From a virus (Duplodnaviria > Caudoviricetes): a stretch of 64,000 bases of DNA. Positions 30,335-39,645 of this stretch are shown here, piece by piece. The notes under the pieces are model-generated. The model was given only the letters and a program-made list of their open reading frames with translations, was not told where the DNA came from and searched no databases. The DNA lies in the IMG/VR virus record IMGVR_UViG_3300042935_001404. One strand, 5' to 3'. Position 1 is the stretch's first letter, and every line of letters starts with the position of its first letter. The translations under genes were made by a program, and so were the position numbers.

Positions 30335-31642
30335 TTATGCCTCTTCATCTTCACCATAGTAGGCATATTGCCCGAATGGTGGAACAATAGATCTGGTACC
30401 GTGCAAGATGAACACTGTTTCTGTATAGTTTTCGTCGCCCCAACTACCAAATGGGTATCCGTCTGTAAACATAACCAATCTCTTGGGCTCAATTTCGTTG
30501 TGTTTCAAGTACTGGTACACGCAATCGAAGTCTGTGCCGCCGCCACCTGCTGGCTCGTAGTCACAAATGGTATCCAAGTTGTCACTATCGTATTGCACAG
30601 GATTGTAAGTCTCTGTATCAAAGCTAACCACATGGATCTTGTATGCCGGGAACGATTCCATAATGCCTTGGATCTCACTTAAGAAGTCCTTTAACATGGC
30701 CTCGCCAATAGAACCCGATGTGTCGATTGCCACTGCAATATCGATCATGGGCTCCAGCTTCATACCAGGCATAATAGCATCCATGTCCCAACCTTTACGG
30801 CCGGTTCGCATCCAGGTGTAGTCACTCTTAATAGTGCTTTCTAACTGCATACGGAGCAGTTCGCGCCAGTTCATTTTGGGCTCAGTCAAGTCCTTTAAGA
30901 TACGACGAACACCTGCGGGCAAGTTACCTGCGCCATCTGCGTCTGCGGCCACAGCCGACAACATAGCTTCTTTAATCTCGTCTTTAATTTGCTGACGATC
31001 CTCGGCACTTAACTTGGGACGACCCTTGCCTTTTTTGTCGCCTTCTTCGCCTTCCTCACCAGAGCCGCCACTGTCGTCATCACCCTCACCATCCAAGTGC
31101 TCGTCAATCATCTGTTCCATCAATTTGCCAATGTCGATTTTGTCTGCTTTTTCATACAAGATATCGTACACTTCCTCGGCACATAGGCCTTCATACTTTT
31201 TGTCGTACAAGCAAGGAACACTGGTAATGAACTCGCCGACACCGTGCTTCTTCAAGTCCCCGTTCACACAATAGTCGTCTGCAATATTCCACAACATGGG
31301 ATCCCGCTCACCTCTGCGTCCAAAGTGGTCATACACACAATGCAACACCTCGTGCCCAAACAGGAACTCTACTTCTTTGGGCTTCAGCAGTTTAATAAAC
31401 TTGCAATTATAATAAAAATTACGGCCATCTGTTGCGGCAGTAGGGCACCATTCGTCTGCGTTGACAAGCTTCAACCGAGTTGCCAAGTTACCAAAGAAAC
31501 TGGCCTTAAGCAACAGGCCCACACGGGCAGTGGTCAAAATTTCTCGTACTTCTCGATCCAGTTTAGGATCCATTTTACCTACGAGATCTTTAAACTTGTC
31601 GTTTTCTTTAGAATCTGCGGTAGTACCTTTTTTGGCGCTCAT
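30335..31642 (-). CDS. DUF2201-like metallopeptidase (HExxH) + VWA-domain protein
   Basis: TAATDG, HEVLH, acidic linker, MIDAS IDTSGS, GGGTDF, FTDG. Confidence 0.88.
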   Translation of the reverse strand: MSAKKGTTADSKENDKFKDLVGKMDPKLDREVREILTTARVGLLLKASFFGNLATRLKLVNADEWCPTAATDGRNFYYNCKFIKLLKPKEVEFLFGHEVLHCVYDHFGRRGERDPMLWNIADDYCVNGDLKKHGVGEFITSVPCLYDKKYEGLCAEEVYDILYEKADKIDIGKLMEQMIDEHLDGEGDDDSGGSGEEGEEGDKKGKGRPKLSAEDRQQIKDEIKEAMLSAVAADADGAGNLPAGVRRILKDLTEPKMNWRELLRMQLESTIKSDYTWMRTGRKGWDMDAIMPGMKLEPMIDIAVAIDTSGSIGEAMLKDFLSEIQGIMESFPAYKIHVVSFDTETYNPVQYDSDNLDTICDYEPAGGGGTDFDCVYQYLKHNEIEPKRLVMFTDGYPFGSWGDENYTETVFILHGTRSIVPPFGQYAYYGEDEEA

Positions 31643-31669
31643 AACATTCCTTTTGTTGCTTATGTATGT

Positions 31670-31698
31670 ATTATAGCAGAATATGCATTATTCGTCAA
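31670..31698 (-). promoter_or_regulatory. sigma70-type (early) promoter TTGACG-17-TATAAT
   Basis: consensus boxes, 17-nt spacer, upstream of VWA gene. Confidence 0.8.
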
Positions 31699-31700
31699 GC

Positions 31701-32033
31701 TCAAACAGTGTTAGGATGACTCAACATAAACCAATTTAGTTCTTTGTCTGTGGCCACATAGATTCTATAATCATTGTACCGAGCACTGTATGCCCACAAA
31801 GGATTGACGTCATCCGGCTCAAACAGCAGGGGATTGGCACTACCGCTTTTGATCATGGCAACACGGGTTTCAACATCTTGGCTCCATCCGAATGTCTTAT
31901 TAAACCATTTCCGACCATGATCAAAATCTAACACACCTGTGCCTTTCCAGTGTGCCTTTGAGAATTCAATCATGTACTGAAAATATTCTTTTTGACTGTA
32001 CCGCTTGTCGAGTCTAGTAATTTTGTATTTCAT
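31701..32033 (-). CDS. hypothetical phage protein
   Basis: ORF. Confidence 0.7.
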   Translation of the reverse strand: MKYKITRLDKRYSQKEYFQYMIEFSKAHWKGTGVLDFDHGRKWFNKTFGWSQDVETRVAMIKSGSANPLLFEPDDVNPLWAYSARYNDYRIYVATDKELNWFMLSHPNTV

Positions 32034-32066
32034 AATAAAGAAGCGGTATCTCTACCGCTTCCTTGT

Positions 32067-33152
32067 TTACGCTCTAGCCTGCAAAATGTACTTGCCGTAC
32101 TTTTGGTGGAACTCGTCAAAGTTCTTTAGCTTGGTAGGTTGGAATGGCAAGTCGTATGTGGTAAGAGCAATACGAGCACCCATAACAACTAGTTCTGTCT
32201 CAAAGTTCTTCATCATGTAGCCAAGAAAGTTGTCGGACATGTTATGGAACTCTTTATCTGGCACTTTACGAGCCACTGCATCTTTGAGCTCGTAGCACAT
32301 GGAGATAACCAAACTGTACATGGCACTGACTTCTTTAACAGACAGGTCGGTTACCTTGCCGCTTAAGATATCCTCGGGCTTGGGCAGTTTAGAACTAATC
32401 TTACGATGAGCCATAAACTTAACAGCAAGGCCTTCGCCAATTGTACCAGCAATTAAGTTGGTCAAAGTATCGTTGTCTGTGTCCTCGTCATCCAACAACT
32501 GGCTCACAAAGGTCCATGAGCGTGGAGTAGCAAAGGCACGGCTGGCACTCTTAGCGTCAAAGTCGTACAGGTCCTGTTTGGCAAAACTCAAATAACCCAC
32601 AACATCTTTGTGGATGTTGTGTTGAACAGCCCAGGCCTGGTAACTGGCAAAGTCCACCTTCATCTCTTGGTGGATGAAACGATTGGCAAGCGGAGTAGGC
32701 ATACGATAGGTAACGCCTTTGTCGCTTTCTCTGTTGCCGGCGGCCACCATAACAACATTGTCCGGCAGTTTATACTTGCCTACACGACGATTCAAAATAA
32801 GTTGGTAAGCGGCTGCCTGTACGTTGCCTGCGGCACTGTTCATCTCGTCCAAGAACAGCACTACAATAGGATACTGGCTGGCAGTTTCCTCGTCGGGCAG
32901 GTCGATGGGCGGTGCCCAGTCCATCTTGCCAATTTCTTTATTGTAAAAAGGAATGCCTCGAATGTCTGTGGGCTCCATCTGTCCCAGTCGGCAGTCGTAC
33001 ATAATGCCACCTAGCTCGTTTGCAAGTTCCTCTACCAGTTCGGATTTACCGATACCGGGAGGACCCCAAAGGAACAGCGGGCGTTTAACTTTAAATGCTT
33101 TTAACAAACTCTTGCGAGCCTGCGTAGAGGTAACGGTACGGGTATCTGACAT
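32067..33152 (-). CDS. MoxR-like AAA+ ATPase
   Basis: Walker A GPPGIGKS, Walker B LFLDE, AAGNR, LANRF. Confidence 0.9.
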   Translation of the reverse strand: MSDTRTVTSTQARKSLLKAFKVKRPLFLWGPPGIGKSELVEELANELGGIMYDCRLGQMEPTDIRGIPFYNKEIGKMDWAPPIDLPDEETASQYPIVVLFLDEMNSAAGNVQAAAYQLILNRRVGKYKLPDNVVMVAAGNRESDKGVTYRMPTPLANRFIHQEMKVDFASYQAWAVQHNIHKDVVGYLSFAKQDLYDFDAKSASRAFATPRSWTFVSQLLDDEDTDNDTLTNLIAGTIGEGLAVKFMAHRKISSKLPKPEDILSGKVTDLSVKEVSAMYSLVISMCYELKDAVARKVPDKEFHNMSDNFLGYMMKNFETELVVMGARIALTTYDLPFQPTKLKNFDEFHQKYGKYILQARA

Positions 33153-33178
33153 AGTGCTTCCTTGTTGCTAATGTATGT

Positions 33179-33207
33179 ATTATACTGTTAAACTGTTTTT
33201 CCGTCAA
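33179..33207 (-). promoter_or_regulatory. sigma70-type promoter TTGACG-17-TATAAT
   Basis: consensus boxes; leader ACATACATTAGCAACAAGG. Confidence 0.8.
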
Positions 33208-33577
33208 CCAGCCTGCGGATGCGTACACCCATGTCTTCTTCTGTGTCGCCTTTGCCTGTGAGCATGTAGGCAGTGTACTCTACCATGTCTGCTTCTTTAA
33301 ACTCCAAAGCAATGCCCAAGTTCTTAAACACAAGGTTAACTTGTTTAAGAGTTTCTTCCACTGTTTTTTGCACAATGTCTACATGGCTGGAGTCTACCTC
33401 GTCATCATCGTAGCCCATCTCGTCTGTCAGCACTTTGTGGAAGGACATTTCGTCATCCATAATGCAGAACTTACCAAACGCCTTGTTTAGCGTTTCGTCG
33501 CCAAAGTCTTCAATGTGTTCACCAATGTCGTTAGTGTCGATATCGCTAAGGCGTTCTTGTTTTGTGTATGTATGCAT
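33188..33577 (-). CDS. hypothetical acidic protein
   Basis: ORF with SD AAGGAG. Confidence 0.75.
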   Translation of the reverse strand: MHTYTKQERLSDIDTNDIGEHIEDFGDETLNKAFGKFCIMDDEMSFHKVLTDEMGYDDDEVDSSHVDIVQKTVEETLKQVNLVFKNLGIALEFKEADMVEYTAYMLTGKGDTEEDMGVRIRRLVDGKTV

Positions 33578-33606
33578 AGTTGGCTCCTTTTAGTTACTAT
33601 ACAAGT

Positions 33607-33635
33607 ATTATAGCAAAATGGGAATTATGGGTCAA
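33607..33635 (-). promoter_or_regulatory. sigma70-type promoter TTGACC-17-TATAAT
   Basis: consensus boxes. Confidence 0.8.
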
Positions 33636-33690
33636 CCAGGCTAAAAGTGTCTATTTTTTAAGCAGAATGTAGTGTTGTTTTTACGCAACA

Positions 33691-34293
33691 CTACATTGTG
33701 GGTCCGTTGCCGTTTTTAAAGCCTACCGCACCGCCTTCTGCTTCTATGCGTTTGATAACGTCTTCAAACAAGATAGGGGCAAAGTCGGTCTGTTCCACGC
33801 AGACACAATGGTAACGAGGATCGATGTCATCACTATACAATACAGTACCAGTTTTAGCATCAACTCCGCGAGCTTTCTTCACACGACTGGCGTGCAAGTG
33901 TCCGTGAATGTTGGTACCAAAACGACCTAACGATGCTTCGTGCACCGGGATATGACTCAAGATCATTCCGTTCATCACATGGTATGCACGTAATTCTCGG
34001 AAGTATTCGCGGTATTCAACATCAGGAAAGATGTCATGGTTGCCGCGGATCAACACCTTGTCGCCATTCAATCTAGCCAATGTTTTTAAACTCTTGCGGT
34101 TAATAACAACATCGCCTAAATGGTACACCTTGTCGTTTGGCCGAACACGATCGTTCCAACGCTTTACCATTTCCTCATCCATTTCATCTGGATCAGTCCA
34201 TGGCCGAATCTTTGTGATCCCGTCTGCTTCTGTGAATCGGCACACGCCGGCATGACCAAAGTGTGTGTCGCTGGTTAAAAATACTGCTGGCAT
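33691..34293 (-). CDS. calcineurin-like metallophosphoesterase
   Basis: SDTHFGH, HLGD, GNHD, HIP, IHGHLH. Confidence 0.92.
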   Translation of the reverse strand: MPAVFLTSDTHFGHAGVCRFTEADGITKIRPWTDPDEMDEEMVKRWNDRVRPNDKVYHLGDVVINRKSLKTLARLNGDKVLIRGNHDIFPDVEYREYFRELRAYHVMNGMILSHIPVHEASLGRFGTNIHGHLHASRVKKARGVDAKTGTVLYSDDIDPRYHCVCVEQTDFAPILFEDVIKRIEAEGGAVGFKNGNGPTM

Positions 34294-34318
34294 TGTGTGC
34301 TCCTTTCTTTAATGTAAT

Positions 34319-34347
34319 ATTATAACATTTTGGGTATATTTGGTCAA
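34319..34347 (-). promoter_or_regulatory. sigma70-type promoter TTGACC-17-TATAAT
   Basis: consensus boxes. Confidence 0.8.
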
Positions 34348-34829
34348 TCAGCAGAAAGTATTACTTCTTGCCAGGTGTGATCACCCATGTACTTGACCTG
34401 CATTATGTACTGATAATCTTCTGGAGTACCGGTGCTCCAGTCCTTGGGACCATTGAGCACCAACAGATTTTTTTCATGCCGTCGGTGCCACACTAACCAA
34501 TAGCAGTTGCCCATGACAATTTGAAAATGGTACTCTGCGGCATACACAGCGTCGGTTACATCGAGCCGTCGTTTGATCGCTTGTGCTTGTTTTTCTAGTA
34601 CTGAGACCAGTTCCATGATACGATCATACTCTTGCTGAGCATACATCCTAGCATGATTGATCATTACATCCTTTTGCTTTTCAACTGGGATTAGATCAAA
34701 CTTGGGTCCACCGGATTCAGTGGCATAGGGAGTTACATTACGGTTAAAAAAATGAACCAGTGTGTTGCCGGTTGAAACATCAAAACTGTTTCTTCCTTTG
34801 GCGGAGTTTGTGTGATCTGAGTCATCCAT
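34344..34829 (-). CDS. DUF2452-like protein
   Basis: recalled resemblance to DUF2452 (helical segment then YWL..GPKDW). Confidence 0.5.
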   Translation of the reverse strand: MDDSDHTNSAKGRNSFDVSTGNTLVHFFNRNVTPYATESGGPKFDLIPVEKQKDVMINHARMYAQQEYDRIMELVSVLEKQAQAIKRRLDVTDAVYAAEYHFQIVMGNCYWLVWHRRHEKNLLVLNGPKDWSTGTPEDYQYIMQVKYMGDHTWQEVILSAD

Positions 34830-34834
34830 GCACG

Positions 34835-35056
34835 TCAGCACTCGATGTCAATGTGTCGACCCTTGTCAAGGTCTAGTCGGAGATTTCTGCTCACACGTTC
34901 TGCTATGATTTGATCAAGTCTTCGTTCTTCAATTTTTTTACTGTAATCTTGTTCTCGTTGTTTGTCCATACGAGTCTGATCTAGTCGATACTGTTCTAGA
35001 TTGTACTTTATAACGTTTTGTTCGGCTCTTGATATTTGCATTTTGATTAATCCCAA
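34835..35056 (-). CDS. hypothetical protein
   Basis: ORF. Confidence 0.55.
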   Translation of the reverse strand: MGLIKMQISRAEQNVIKYNLEQYRLDQTRMDKQREQDYSKKIEERRLDQIIAERVSRNLRLDLDKGRHIDIEC

Positions 35057-35394
35057 TACATTTGGTTATTTTTTTGAAAATAATAATCTTTTACTAAATC
35101 CGTCATGTCGCTGTGATCAACTCTGTACTGTTGATGATTAACTGATATTCTTACATAACTTGCTGGGGCACTTTCGGGCCTGGGCGTTGTGGTTTTGTAA
35201 TGAATAAACCAATGCTGATTAGGTGTCGTAAAAGAACAACCATTGTTGTCAAGCCAATTATCTAGTAGATATTCAAACTGTTCTGCAGACATTGCATACG
35301 TGTGTGCATGTGCATCTGTGACACGTATGGTGATGTCAACTGACTGCTTGTCTTTAAACAGGTATATTTTTAACGATTTTTTAAATGCAAGCAT
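35047..35394 (-). CDS. hypothetical protein
   Basis: ORF. Confidence 0.6.
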   Translation of the reverse strand: MLAFKKSLKIYLFKDKQSVDITIRVTDAHAHTYAMSAEQFEYLLDNWLDNNGCSFTTPNQHWFIHYKTTTPRPESAPASYVRISVNHQQYRVDHSDMTDLVKDYYFQKNNQMYWD

Positions 35395-35410
35395 GTAACA
35401 ATATTTTAAA

Positions 35411-35484
35411 TGGAGCGGAGTGAGAGAATCGAACTCTCGACCGAAGATTGGAAATCTGCTGTTTTGCCATTAAACTAACCCCGC
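35411..35484 (-). tRNA. tRNA-Gly(TCC)
   Basis: cloverleaf GCGGGGT..TTCCAA..GTTCGATTC..TCCA. Confidence 0.93.
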
Positions 35485-35493
35485 ATACTAACT

Positions 35494-35568
35494 TGGTACC
35501 TGGACACGGTTTCGAACCGCGGACCCTCTCCGTGTAAAGGAGACGCTCTACCCCTGAGCTATCCAGGC
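35494..35568 (-). tRNA. tRNA-Val(TAC)
   Basis: cloverleaf, TCTCC-TTTACAC-GGAGA, CCA. Confidence 0.93.
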
Positions 35569-35581
35569 TTCTATTCTACTT

Positions 35582-35655
35582 TGGTCTCGGTAGCAGGAAT
35601 CGAACCTACGCTCGAACGTCCCAAACGTTCAGTGATACCATTTCACCATACCGAG
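35582..35655 (-). tRNA. tRNA-Pro(TGG)
   Basis: cloverleaf, GAACG-TTTGGGA-CGTTC, CCA. Confidence 0.93.
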
Positions 35656-35661
35656 AAAAAC

Positions 35662-35814
35662 TTAACTGGGAATTATATGAGGCAAATACGGAACTGCTCT
35701 AGGACCGTGCAGTTGTTGCAACAACTTACGAGCCTCTTCTGCAGAGTCAGCACCCACACGAGCCTTAAACTCTCGACCATCTGGTCCTCTAACTGTTGCT
35801 TCGTATAATTTCAT
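35662..35814 (-). CDS. 50-aa small protein MKLYEATVRGPDGREFKARVGADSAEEARKLLQQLHGPRAVPYLPHIIPS
   Basis: hand-translated ORF between tRNAs. Confidence 0.6.
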   Translation of the reverse strand: MKLYEATVRGPDGREFKARVGADSAEEARKLLQQLHGPRAVPYLPHIIPS

Positions 35815-35829
35815 TTTGTAACTTTAAAA

Positions 35830-35904
35830 TGGTGCCCAATGTCTGATTCGAACAGACGACCTACCGCTTACAAGGCGGTTGCTCTACCCCTGAGCCAATC
35901 GGGC
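35830..35904 (-). tRNA. tRNA-Thr(TGT)
   Basis: cloverleaf, anticodon loop CTTGTAA, CCA. Confidence 0.93.
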
Positions 35905-35922
35905 GTGTTTCTATTTATAGAC

Positions 35923-36008
35923 TGGTGCGAGTGGCCGGAATCGAACCGGCACGCCATTACAGCGGCAGATTTTAAGTCTGCTGTGGCTACCGATTACACC
36001 ACACTCGC
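35923..36008 (-). tRNA. tRNA-Leu(TAA)
   Basis: long variable arm, GCAGA-CTTAAAA-TCTGC, CCA. Confidence 0.93.
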
Positions 36009-36025
36009 ATTTCTAACTTGTATAT

Positions 36026-36054
36026 ATTATACAATAAATCGAGTTAATTGTCAA
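36026..36054 (-). promoter_or_regulatory. sigma70 promoter TTGACA-17-TATAAT for tRNA sub-cluster
   Basis: perfect consensus just upstream of tRNA-Leu. Confidence 0.85.
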
Positions 36055-36064
36055 CCAGAAGAGA

Positions 36065-36571
36065 TTAACTGTTTAGGACTTTGGCAACCGAATTCATCAC
36101 TGCGGCAATACGTCCAATATCACGAAGCTGTTCTACTGTGTAGCCTTCTTGCTTGAGTGTTTCGTAATGTGCCTTAACACAGAAGTGGCACCGGCCAACA
36201 ATACTTGCGGCCAAACTAAATGCTTCAAAGTTTGATTTGGTAGTTCCACCATGTGATGCAATAGCGTTCATGCGTAACTGTGCTGGCAGTCCTTTTAGAG
36301 CAGGATCATCAGCCATTTCAATGTAAGGATACCACACATTGTTCTGTGCCATGATGCTGGCAGCAGTCATTGCTGACTCTGCGTGTACCGGAGCATCTGC
36401 TAAAATTACTGATAGGATCTTTCCGTTACCAGTTGCGGCCAATGCGGCCACGGCACAACCCATAGCCACATCTGCATCTAATGTACTACGCAAAAGTACT
36501 GCATCAAGATTTAACTTGGTGTCCTTTGCGTAGTCTGGCAATGCACCTTTGACGGCGTCGATGAAACTCAT
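36065..36571 (-). CDS. ahpD: alkylhydroperoxidase AhpD family
   Basis: YAKDTKLNL, CHFC redox motif with downstream His; near ahpC. Confidence 0.88.
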   Translation of the reverse strand: MSFIDAVKGALPDYAKDTKLNLDAVLLRSTLDADVAMGCAVAALAATGNGKILSVILADAPVHAESAMTAASIMAQNNVWYPYIEMADDPALKGLPAQLRMNAIASHGGTTKSNFEAFSLAASIVGRCHFCVKAHYETLKQEGYTVEQLRDIGRIAAVMNSVAKVLNS

Positions 36572-37260
36572 TATTTTCTATCTCCAAACAGTTGTAACAG
36601 ATTGATAAACAAGTTGATAAAGTCCATGTACAAAGTCAATGCTCCGCGAATTTCTGCCGAGTCACTGGTTTCTACTGACAGTTCTTCACGAATCTTCTGT
36701 GTGTCGTAAGCAGTTAATCCCAGAAAGATAATGATAGCCAGTGCGGAGATCACCATCTGCATCACGGTGCTGCCAATAAAGATGTTAACAATACTGGCAA
36801 TCACGATGGCAATTAAGCCAACAAACATGAACTTGCCCATGCTGTCTAGACTTTGTTTGGTAAAGTAGCCATAGCCACTCATTACTGCAAACAAGATGCC
36901 TGCACCCATAAATGCTGACACAATACTACCCATAGTGAACACAGCAAAGATCATGGAAAAACTCAAGCCCATTAAGGCCGCAAATCCATGCAAGCATAAC
37001 TGTGCTACGCCTTTGCTGGGATTATTACCTAGCACATAGCTGACACCAAAGATGGCCGCAAGTGGTGAAAAGATCACAATCCATTTTATCCAACCTGTAA
37101 AAAAGAATGCCAGTAACTCTGGACTAGATCCCACAAAGTAACTCACAAACATTGATACAATCACAGCAAGACTCATGTGTCCATACACACGGCCCATTGC
37201 TGAATTAATTTCGCTGGCAGAACGATATGCAATTCCACCTGTATAACTTGTTCCAAACAT
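36571..37260 (-). CDS. Bax inhibitor-1/YccA family membrane protein
   Basis: multiple TM segments, TAYDTQ, ALTLYMDFINLF. Confidence 0.92.
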   Translation of the reverse strand: MFGTSYTGGIAYRSASEINSAMGRVYGHMSLAVIVSMFVSYFVGSSPELLAFFFTGWIKWIVIFSPLAAIFGVSYVLGNNPSKGVAQLCLHGFAALMGLSFSMIFAVFTMGSIVSAFMGAGILFAVMSGYGYFTKQSLDSMGKFMFVGLIAIVIASIVNIFIGSTVMQMVISALAIIIFLGLTAYDTQKIREELSVETSDSAEIRGALTLYMDFINLFINLLQLFGDRK

Positions 37261-37270
37261 GATTTTCTCC

Positions 37271-37894
37271 TTAAAATTTACCTGATGCCAATACGATTTG
37301 ACAAATATGTTCTAATCGTTCAATGTGTTCAAATGCCCGCCACGGGCTTGTATCAATGGCCACAACTCCGTGACCTTTGATGCCTACGATGTCAAAACCA
37401 ATTGTGCCATCTTTTCTTAGCCAGAGATTTTCATGACAACGGTCTGCAAGCTCTTGACTGATAGGAGGTACATCTCCTACGTTCTTGGCCACTCGAGTAT
37501 ATCTACTTAGTTCTGGAAAGTCATCAACTATAGTGCTCAAGTCAATGCCGGCGTGCATAGCAGCCACACAGTATGTAGGATGTAAATGAACCACTACTCT
37601 AACATCAGTGCTGTGCTGACCCATTGCTCGTTGTAGGCCAAAATGTAGAGGAATTTCTCCGCTGGGCTTGAGATTGGCACTGATATCAGAGTAAGGCTCT
37701 TCTTTCCATGCCAAACTGCTTACAATCTTGATCTTCTTGAACTGGTCAGGTTGCATGGTCTGCTTACGAACGCCACTGGGTGTGATATAAAAGTGATCAC
37801 GGTCGTGATGACGAATGCTCACATTGCCATCACGACTGGTAATCCAGTTGCGTCTATATGCTTCAACCAGTGTGTCGCATATAGTTTCTAACAT
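37271..37894 (-). CDS. class II aldolase/adducin family protein
   Basis: GNVS, ITPSG, E..LH, VHLHP, GHGVV. Confidence 0.9.
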   Translation of the reverse strand: MLETICDTLVEAYRRNWITSRDGNVSIRHHDRDHFYITPSGVRKQTMQPDQFKKIKIVSSLAWKEEPYSDISANLKPSGEIPLHFGLQRAMGQHSTDVRVVVHLHPTYCVAAMHAGIDLSTIVDDFPELSRYTRVAKNVGDVPPISQELADRCHENLWLRKDGTIGFDIVGIKGHGVVAIDTSPWRAFEHIERLEHICQIVLASGKF

Positions 37895-38433
37895 TACAGT
37901 GTCTCGCCACCAACTGTACGGTTACAAGCACAAAGCTCGCCAGTTTGTAGTGCATCCAATACACGAAGTGTTTCTTCTGGGCTACGACCAACGTTCAAGT
38001 TGTTGACAGTAACGTGTTGGATAACGTTCTCTGGGTCAACAATGAATGTGGCACGAAGTGCGGCGCCTGCTGGAGCATAGAACACGCCCAACTGTTCAAT
38101 CAAACTCAACTCACCACGCTGTGTGTCAGCATACTGGTGATGGGTGATCTTCTTTAGATCTGCGTGTGCTGTTTGCCATGCTACTTTGCAGAACTCATTG
38201 TCTGTGCTACCAGTGAGCAGGACTGCATCACGGTCAGCAAAGTCTTGTGTTAGTTTGTCGTAGGCTACGATTTCTGTAGGGCAAACGAATGTAAAGTCTT
38301 TTGGATAGTAAACGATTACTTTCCACTTGCCTTCAAAACTTGTTTCAGTGATGGTATAGAAAGCGTCTTCTGGTTGTCCGGGCTTAACGCCTGTGACTGC
38401 AAATGGGGCTAATTTGTCGCCAACTGTTTTCAT
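37894..38433 (-). CDS. ahpC: peroxiredoxin AhpC
   Basis: YPKDFTFVCPTE, RATFIVD, GELC. Confidence 0.95.
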   Translation of the reverse strand: MKTVGDKLAPFAVTGVKPGQPEDAFYTITETSFEGKWKVIVYYPKDFTFVCPTEIVAYDKLTQDFADRDAVLLTGSTDNEFCKVAWQTAHADLKKITHHQYADTQRGELSLIEQLGVFYAPAGAALRATFIVDPENVIQHVTVNNLNVGRSPEETLRVLDALQTGELCACNRTVGGETL

Positions 38434-38488
38434 AATATCTCCTTTGTGTTGAATGAAAATGTTTGCAGAAGTTTTTCTGCATGTGTAT

Positions 38489-38574
38489 ATTGTACAGTTA
38501 TTTACATGAGAAATCGACCATCTCTCATGGTTTCTACTGAATATATTTCTATGGCAGCCATAGAAAAAATCAAT
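38489..38574 (-). promoter_or_regulatory. ahpC promoter (TCGATT-17-TACAAT) with upstream OxyR-like site
   Basis: ATTG-N7-CTAT-N7-ATAG-N7-TTCA at 38574-38538. Confidence 0.5.
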
Positions 38575-38600
38575 AAAGAAAACCCGCTAAAGCGGGTTTG
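38575..38600 (-). terminator. intrinsic terminator after porin
   Basis: AAACCCGC-TTTA-GCGGGTTT followed by TCTTT. Confidence 0.7.
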
Positions 38601-38619
38601 AAATCTACGTTGTGTTAAA

Positions 38620-39645
38620 TCAGAAACTATGTGACAATCCAATGTAACTAGCTGTACCTATGTTTGCAGTATCGGCTGCACCAGCGGCAGTTACAGCTTG
38701 CTTGGTATCTGATAAAAACGCTTCAAGTTTAGTACGCTTGCTGAAAGAATACACTGCGCGAACGCCTGTAACACCCTTCTTAGTGTTGGCAGCACCATTG
38801 GCACCAATGTTTACATTGTTAGACAACTTAGACAAAGACACATCTAACTTGGCATTAACTGGAACTTTAATGCCGTACTCAGTTGACTTATGAGCTGCCA
38901 TAGAAGTCAAATTGTCTTTTTGATTCATTTGGTTAACTGCAACTTCTGCAAATCCAAAATTGTAAGCGGCGTTGATAGTTTGCAACTTTTCAGCATTGAG
39001 ACCAGTGATATTAGCAACTTGAGCTTTTAATCCTCCTGCTGAATAGTTAACACCAATGACGTTCACATCATTCATCAACGTTGCTGTGGTTGTAGTGGCA
39101 AAACCATTGCCAGGGACCACTACATATTTGTTATGTCTGCCCTTGGCGTTTAATAAAAATACCTCTGCACCAGCAATCTTAGGCGAAGTGTATTGCACTT
39201 GTGCAGAATTGCGACCATAATTCAAGCCAGAATGGGTACCTTTAGACCAGTCTTGCATATAATGGCCGGCACCGTTTGTGCTGACCAACTGAGTAGAGAA
39301 ACGACCTAATTTAACATTGCCGAACTTGCTATCCACAAAAATATTAGACTGTTCCCACAATTGAGTGTTGGCGTCACCAGTTGATGAATTAGCATATGAC
39401 CCTTGTGCACCAGTTTCGGAACTAAAACGATTTTGTAAAAAAATACCAACTTTGGTACCACCGCCTAAGTCTTCAGCGGCACTAAAGTTTAAATAATTAC
39501 GGTCACCTTTGGCAGCGCCAACGGTAGTAACTCCGGCAGCAGACCTTGCTACACCATATTGAACCTGACCAGAAATTGTCACGGTTGATTGTGCAAGGAC
39601 AGCAGTAGATACAGTCAATGCTAAGATTGCGAAGATTTTCTTCAT
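38620..39645 (-). CDS. Gram-negative outer-membrane porin
   Basis: signal peptide; VTISG..YG, EDLGGG, YxFSKRT, C-terminal GLSHSF. Confidence 0.92.
   Translation of the reverse strand: MKKIFAILALTVSTAVLAQSTVTISGQVQYGVARSAAGVTTVGAAKGDRNYLNFSAAEDLGGGTKVGIFLQNRFSSETGAQGSYANSSTGDANTQLWEQSNIFVDSKFGNVKLGRFSTQLVSTNGAGHYMQDWSKGTHSGLNYGRNSAQVQYTSPKIAGAEVFLLNAKGRHNKYVVVPGNGFATTTTATLMNDVNVIGVNYSAGGLKAQVANITGLNAEKLQTINAAYNFGFAEVAVNQMNQKDNLTSMAAHKSTEYGIKVPVNAKLDVSLSKLSNNVNIGANGAANTKKGVTGVRAVYSFSKRTKLEAFLSDTKQAVTAAGAADTANIGTASYIGLSHSF

Noticed and set aside
33666-33697. 12-bp inverted repeat AATGTAGTGTTG/CAACACTACATT as a mobile-element end or operator
   Set aside because: Overlaps the phosphoesterase stop codon and is best explained as a 3' hairpin; single copy
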